In this document: positions 57,501-64,000 of the stretch, in pieces
Numbering within the stretch: position 1 is the first letter of the stretch
Layout of the letters: each line of letters starts with the position of its first letter
NCBI GenBank assembly: GCA_038496445.1
Contig: JALMLS010000334.1
Span: 244,124-308,123, forward strand
Direction: 5' to 3'
DNA length: 64,000 nucleotides
Source: Trichosphaerium sp. ATCC 40318
Lineage: Eukaryota; Protista; Tubulinea
Translations under genes and position numbers: made by a program
The notes under the pieces: model-generated
What the model was told of the DNA's origin: nothing
The model's database searches: none
The model's input: only the letters and a program-made list of their open reading frames with translations

Positions 57501-60500
57501 CTCTGGTGGTAAGTGCATTATAAAGGATATTTGATCTATGGACATATCAACGCGTTCTCTCCAAGTGTCGTAAAAATGCCATGCGGCTAGGAATCTGTAT
57601 AACTTGGAAAAGTATGATGGAAAGATCGGCATGTGACAGCACATCGCAGCTGACATTCTATCCTTCCATTTCAAGCAAGTCAACTTGCGAATCAGCTGTT
57701 CTAAGGGCCTGGGTATCTAATAATAATATGTATTATTAAAAAGTAGTTTTGTTTTGTTGACAAAGCGAGAAACGAAAAAACCAGAAAATAAAATAAAGAT
57801 CATAAACAATTAATCATAACAACTAAAGTATCACTTTGACCAAACGCACGCCATTCAGTGTCGGAGTATAGACGCCGTCCATGTACAGCTTAATTGTATT
57901 TCTATTGAACATGGGTTCTCCTTTGTAGATTTGATAAATGATACAACCTAATGAGAACGAATCAATAGCCTTCAATTCTTCAAAGTCATTTGTGTTATCG
58001 CCACACGGTCTATTTTCGCTATGTCAGCATCTTGTGACACGAACGGCATTTGGAGTCGGTTACCTGTACACGGGATACATTTTGGCTTGATGTTCTCTAA
58101 ATCGCTCAATAGCTTCGTGTTCCAACAAAGGCCTTAGGAATGAGGTGTCATGATAGCCTATTGGTTTTTTGGTAATGTCAAAATGGGATTGCTAGCTTAT
58201 TATAATTTTTACCTTCTTGTTGTTTTTCTGTTATCACCTCAGGGTGTAGGGCTGGACTTGTCTCACTTGGTAACGTACTAGACATATTATCTGATTCCGT
58301 AACCTCGTGTGCTATGGTTGGGGGAGGTTTTAGCTCGGTGAGATCGTGCTACAGAAAGGAAGTAAACAAAAAAAAATACCAAAATAACCAACACCAGGCA
58401 AATCATATCCACATACATTGGTGTCGTTGGCTTTGGCATCTTTGCCCTTTCCTTGCTCCATGTTAGGTGTTCCATCGACTCGTGAACCAGATTCCAGCTT
58501 TAATCCGCGCCTGAGCTTTGCTAAAGCACCCTTCGGCTCAATGCCAAAGAAAAAACGCCTAGATGCCTTCTTGGGTGGCCTTTCATTATTATTAGTAGCC
58601 TAACACCCGGCATTGAACGTGCCTAAAACTTAGCCTCCAGTCATTTGTTGGCTGTTGTGTATCTCTAATTTTTGGAGGATGTGGAACACCAAATAGTTGA
58701 ACGAAGCCGTGATTCACAGGCCACTTGGCTGGTTTCAACGCCACATTCTTGGCTTTTATAGCAGCATCCCCGCTTAGTCTGTAGCCAAAAGTTAGATCTA
58801 TCCAATGGTGTAAATTCCTTGAGACATGTTCACTTTCTAAGGCCTCTCTATGTTTCAACACAAAGCTTTCACAGTCAGCCGCCCAGTCTGGCACGCTAAA
58901 ACAAAAACCAGTCAATCGGTTTTTTGTGGAAAGATAATAATAAGATAAGAGACACTTACCCGAGATCCGGCATGTCTGAATGCAGCGATTTAAAAATTGC
59001 GCTTCTGTGGTAAAATTCGGGTATGCACTCATCGGGCGTCCATTTGTACAAGCTAGCATGCAACAATTATTAACAAAGCCAAAAGAGGCAAAACCAATCG
59101 ATAATTTCAAAATGAGAACAAAGACCGTGGGCATAAAAGTATTTACCGTTGGAGTGTCTGTGGATATTCCTTTGGCTCGTAGTTTTTTCGTACATGGCGT
59201 CTGAGGAGCGGAATAGGAGATAATCGGGCCATGTAATTGTAGTACGTAAGTTCAGACATGATATCTGTAATGTGGTGTTTGGAGGCACCGTTATAAGTGC
59301 AATCCAATTGTTCATCGCCTTTCGTCAATCGAAATTTAGTCTTGGAGAGATCTACACGCACAAACTGGTAAGAAACCTGCTGTTTGCTTGTTTACAACAT
59401 GATTTGTGTGTTTAAAGAGTATACCTCGCCATGATGATGGAGACTTGAAATCTATCACCCAAGGCATAACCGGATGAAAATTGGGATCGCCGCTACGCCT
59501 TCCAGCCAACTCGTTTAGACGCATCAAGTAGTCGAAATTAGAAAGGGATCCTGACAGCCATCCTTCAAGCAGGTCAAACTGCAGACCCATCCCTACTTTA
59601 TCATCGCTGTCCTCTTCTTTGGTGCTGTCGTATGAATATCCTATACGTAATGTCATTTATTCGTTCTGCCGCATAGAGCTGATATTACTTCGTACCTGTA
59701 CAGCGCAAGTTAAAGATACGCAACCAAAGGTGCTTGGTCAATTTGATGTTTGACGGCGTTAAGTTTTGGTGTACGATCCCCTGTTCATGGCAAAACGCAA
59801 GTATTTTAGCTAATTGGTAAATAATAAACAGCTTTGATGCGTCCCGCTTCAGAGTAGAAGCGTTGAACTTTAACAAATCTTCCAATGTGAATGCCATGTA
59901 TTTTTGAATGATGTAGAAGCACTCTTTACCGTCAAGAATGGCGAGTGGCTCAAGTAATGCAGGGTGGGTTTTGACTCTACTGCCATGTGCGCTGGTACCT
60001 ACAAATACAGGTATTGGGTGACGAGTGTGTCAAACAATGACTGGGTACCTTTTTCTGAACCTTTTTCAAGGTCGTAACACTTTGCCGATAGCAATGATAT
60101 CATTTTAGCAATGAACGGCTACAACAAACCCATCAGATTTTTAAATTCTCACTCGTAGCTCAAAAGTGTGTAACCTGCGTAATTGTGAAGGTGTCACCTT
60201 TGCCACCGTGTGTCATGTCGCCTAAATTAGGGTAATTTTTTATAAATTTTTTTTTTTTGGAATAAAAATCTCACCTGGTAATGCAACATTTGTTTCAACT
60301 GGCGTGATATATACCAAATGGTCCTCTTCGGACGTTACGAGTTCTTCCAATTCGTTGAGATATTGGTGTAATGAAGAAATGTCACTACCCCCAATTGTCC
60401 TGTCATTTTGGTCTGACTCGTCCCCTTGGCTTCTTAGTACCTCTTGTGTGAAAATTTTAGGTCTACAGGGTGCAGCGTCGTTAGTATTTTGTGTAATTAC

Positions 60501-60851
60501 GTGTACACCTTCAATTGCTACGTACGCTGAACTGGTTGGCATCTCTTTTGGTACACGACGCACGTACACCTTGTTTGTAGGTTCTATTACGGATTTCTCT
60601 CCATCAGATGCAAAACTTGTATTAAATTCCTCTAGAGACATGTACAATGGAGAGCCTGAGTACGTAGGGAGGCCCACCTACGACATAAATTGGCATTTGG
60701 CTGTTATTTTCTGGTACACTACCGCTTGCGCCAATATGCTGGCACGACCATTGTATCTATCCTTTACGGCGTAATATTGAAATGATGAAGGAAATGCCAA
60801 CTGAACATCATCCCGTAATTGGCCAACGGGTATGTCACACGAATTGCCCAT
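54562..60851 (-). CDS. WDR81: WDR81-like protein (kinase-like, BEACH, WD40)
   Basis: [21 protein letters not shown]; [38 protein letters not shown]; [17 protein letters not shown]; [24 protein letters not shown]; HGFVQLF..PHP; WD40 [33 protein letters not shown]. Confidence 0.93.
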
Positions 60852-61077
60852 CTCTACGTTGGCGTATGTAGTGTGTTGATCATAATTTAATTGCTACACG
60901 AGAGTTTAAGTGTGACAATTGAGCGGGGAGTTAGTGAATTTCACAAACTTTTTATTTGAAGTGTACACAAGTATTTGACATATAAAAAGGAGCACAATAG
61001 CCGAGAGAAGTACAAATATGTGGTAAACAGGGAGGGCCAGCGGCCGGTGCTAGGTGCTGCTGTAACACCACTTTTTT

Positions 61078-61503
61078 TTACAATTGCACAATTTCGGCTG
61101 ATTCATCTTGAAGAGAATACTCCAAAGCCGAGTCTACCTCGTCTCCCATTACCGATTGCCTGAAAAATGTAGAAAACTTCTCAACCGATGAAACGGAGCT
61201 CGCAGAAGATCTAGTAGAGTTGGAACTTGTGGACGTAGTTCGCAAGGCACGGTGGGCATGAGTAACGCCAGTGTTGTTCTTTTGTCTAAGAAGTACAAAT
61301 GCCAGTATCACAACCAACGCGAGCAATACAAGCGTGCCGATAGTGAGGCCTATGTACAAGTGTCCATTTGAGGTACTAATTTTCCAGTTATGGGTTATTC
61401 ACTGTTGTGCAACTTTATCCAAAGCGTACGATAATGCGTTGCACGGTTGTATGCAAATTACGGCAAGTACTATAAACGCAACCAAGCTAGGCGTGTGGGA
61501 CAT
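61078..61503 (-). CDS. Small type-I membrane protein with a minimal ectodomain and Ser-rich tail (1 intron)
   Basis: MSHTPSLVAFIVLAVICIQPCNA signal-like segment; a GTACGC..TAG intron joins it to TSNGHLYIGLTIGTLVLLALVVILAFVLLRQK. Confidence 0.68.
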
Positions 61504-61744
61504 GCGATAAAGTTGGCGGCTACGTGAGGTGGTAATGTAGAGAGTGATAGTGGATTTTTGTGACTTAAGCACGCTCAAGTCCGTTTTTGAAACAGTACCG
61601 CATTGAAATACGCACAAAACACACCAATGCTTCGTTTACGTCGTTTTCGATCATTGAATTGCGAAACAAACAAGACACGGCGTCGTAGGTGGTACTCGAG
61701 TGCGTTTGGTCGTTATTCTTCATTACTCTTACCGTAACAAGCCA

Positions 61745-63806
61745 ATGCGAGCTTTAAAAAGCGTACCGCTCGTAAAGACAATCGGTACATTGCACGTGGG
61801 TTCACGACGGCTGCGGGTTTGTCGCTGTTGGGGTCTATTGCGTTTTTCGGGTTATCTTATACAGCAAACTGCGAAACGGAAGATGCAGACAACAATCACG
61901 CTCAACTAACACCTAAAACTTATAAACAAGTGATCAAACAGGCTGATGAAAATTTAGCGTGTGGTGAAGTTGAGGAAGGAACGTGCGCATCAGTAAAGTT
62001 GCATGTGCCTGGTAATAACATTTTTAAGTTTGTCATATCTGAGTGTGGCATATCGCTTGTGCGAGCTCTCTGTCTTTGCACTGCCAATGCTAGTTACCAT
62101 ACCTTTTGCATTTTTCTCAGATACTAGGTGGCTATGGTGGCGTGCAGTGCACTACTTTCTTTCCAATGCTGGTGGTTTGTTGCAATAACATTTTTTATAT
62201 TGTTTTGTTGACTAATAGCTAGGTTGTTGGATAAAAATGGGACAATGGATATCAACTCGACCAGATTTGTACTATTTGATAGTAGATGTTACATCTTATT
62301 GTTGGTAGGTTTCCAAGTGCTTTGATTGATGAAGTTTCTCATTTTTGTGATGATTGTCCATGTCATTCTTTTTATAAAACCAAGTGTATGCAGGTTTATA
62401 TTTTTTCCCTCATAACTTTGTAGGTGCCATTGAACAAACTTTAAATATACCTATAAAGACATTGTTTGATGACTTACAGCTACAACCTATAGCTTCAGGT
62501 TTATCCATTTTGCCTATTTTCATTAACATACTTAGGAGCTATTGCACAAATACATAAAGGTATTTTGAAAGATGGTACCACAGTTGCTGTTAAAGTAACT
62601 CATCCATATATTACCACATCTGTGCATGTTGATTTGGCTTTGATGCAAACAATAGCAAACATGGTAATAGTAATTTTTAGATCTATGGATTTAACTATTA
62701 GTAACAGATTGCTTTGATACCTATTTTTCAATTTTTAAGCTTATCTGAGGCTACACAAGTGTTTGCACATTCTATGAAACAACAAATTGATTTGTCCATT
62801 GAAGCAAATAACCTGCAACAGTTTGCAAATAATTTTAGTACCAATGAATATGTTATATTTCCAAAGTAAGTCTGGATTAATTATTGGTGGTATTTATTTT
62901 AAAATAGACCAATTGATGGCATGTATGGCCATGATGTATTGGTTGAAACATGGGAATTTGGTCTGCCATTACAACATTATATCAAAAAAGGCATATTATC
63001 TACTAAAAAACACATTGCAAAAGTAGGCATTGATGTTTACATGCAAATGATGTTGCAAGATAATTTTATACATGCTGATTTACATCCAGGTTTTATTAGA
63101 TAAAGGTTGTAAATATTTATTTGTTTAGGAAATATATTGATTCAAAACAATAAATTGGTGATATTGGATTGTGGATTAGTTGCAACTCTCACAAGTAAGA
63201 TGTTATTAATATAATATGATTTTATCCAATAACTATGGTAGAATCTGCATTTAACAACTTCAAAGATTTGTTTTTATGTATTGTAACTGGTGATGGCAAA
63301 AAAGGTACATTCCATGGTTGTATAAATTAAAAAAAGCACAGGTGCTGAATTAATGATTGAAAGATCTTGTGGCTCAGCAACTACCCAAACCATGAAAGGT
63401 ACAAATATTTATACATTGTAAAATAGTAAATAACTGTTTAGAACAATTTATTAGTAATATCACACAACATTTTGATAAAATTCAACATGAAAAATTGGAT
63501 AACATTCATGTGGGTGAATTTTTATCTTATATACTTGATCAATGTAGATTATATCATGTTAAGCTAGAAAGTGGAGTTAGTACACTGGTGGTTGGCACAG
63601 CCATTTTGGAAGGTATTATTTTATAATAAATTAAAAAAACTCAACAAAATATAGGAGTTGGCCGTCAATTAGACCCATCATTGAACATAATTCAAGAAGC
63701 TGGCCCATATTTGCTTGGAGTAAAAGGCAATAACATTCAAATGGTGCCTTCAAATACAGAAAAAGTAATCATGATACAAAGGAAAATACAAGACTCTTTG
63801 CATTAA
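61745..63806 (+). CDS. ADCK2: ABC1/UbiB atypical kinase, ADCK2-like
   Basis: WIKMGQWISTRPDL, PIASGAIAQIHKG, VAVKVTHP, QIDLSIEANNL, MMLQDNFIHADLHPGNIL, ILDCGL, ILEGVGRQLDP; stop at 63806. Confidence 0.9.
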
Positions 63807-64000
63807 TAAATTATTTGTTTTCAACAATACAATGTAGATTTTTTATCAGGGCTGAAACTAAATAAGGCTTTTTTTGTAAAAGCCTTTTTTTTGCCACCAA
63901 ATACAGCCTTATTTTTCATCAAATTGCCTTGTTTTTGCCAAAAAAATGAGCAAATATGAAGCATTGGCCATAAACAAACAAACAAACAAACTTAACAATT

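Overview
Gene-dense, intron-rich eukaryotic nuclear DNA from a protist in the standard genetic code. An amoebozoan source is inferred from the LRR-Roc-COR-kinase-WD40 Roco gene and the CG9801-like PP2C gene; it is not shown directly. The ORF track is fragmented by many short spliceosomal introns (mostly about 35-90 nt, GTACGY-type donors, CTRAC branch points, frequent AAG acceptors). I reconstruct 21 genes: a Roco kinase (5'-truncated), NUP205, a Rab6-like GTPase, MED25, THOC2, a PSI-REJ-GPS single-pass receptor, a PP2C-like protein, an orphan, an MFS sugar-phosphate transporter, RFC5, PEX11, a TTBK/CK1 kinase, a PPR protein, an SR splicing factor, PAT1, YAE1, a mitochondrial AsnRS, a TMEM64/DedA protein, WDR81, a small membrane protein and ADCK2. 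Two further small spliced genes are candidates the ORF track missed. Most unusual signals: (1) an abrupt switch inside ADCK2 at about 62.15 kb from CpG-rich to almost CpG-free, AT-rich DNA, where the only two surviving CpGs are Arg codons in conserved motifs, suggesting the edge of a 5mC-methylated domain; (2) strong window-wide over-representation of CACGTG; (3) a chain of apparent introns downstream of the SR gene stop codon; (4) two U12-type introns in one kinase gene, five GC-AG introns and a 7-nt microexon. No tRNA, rRNA, CRISPR array or transposon was recognised. Exon boundaries were read by eye and may be off by a few bases.
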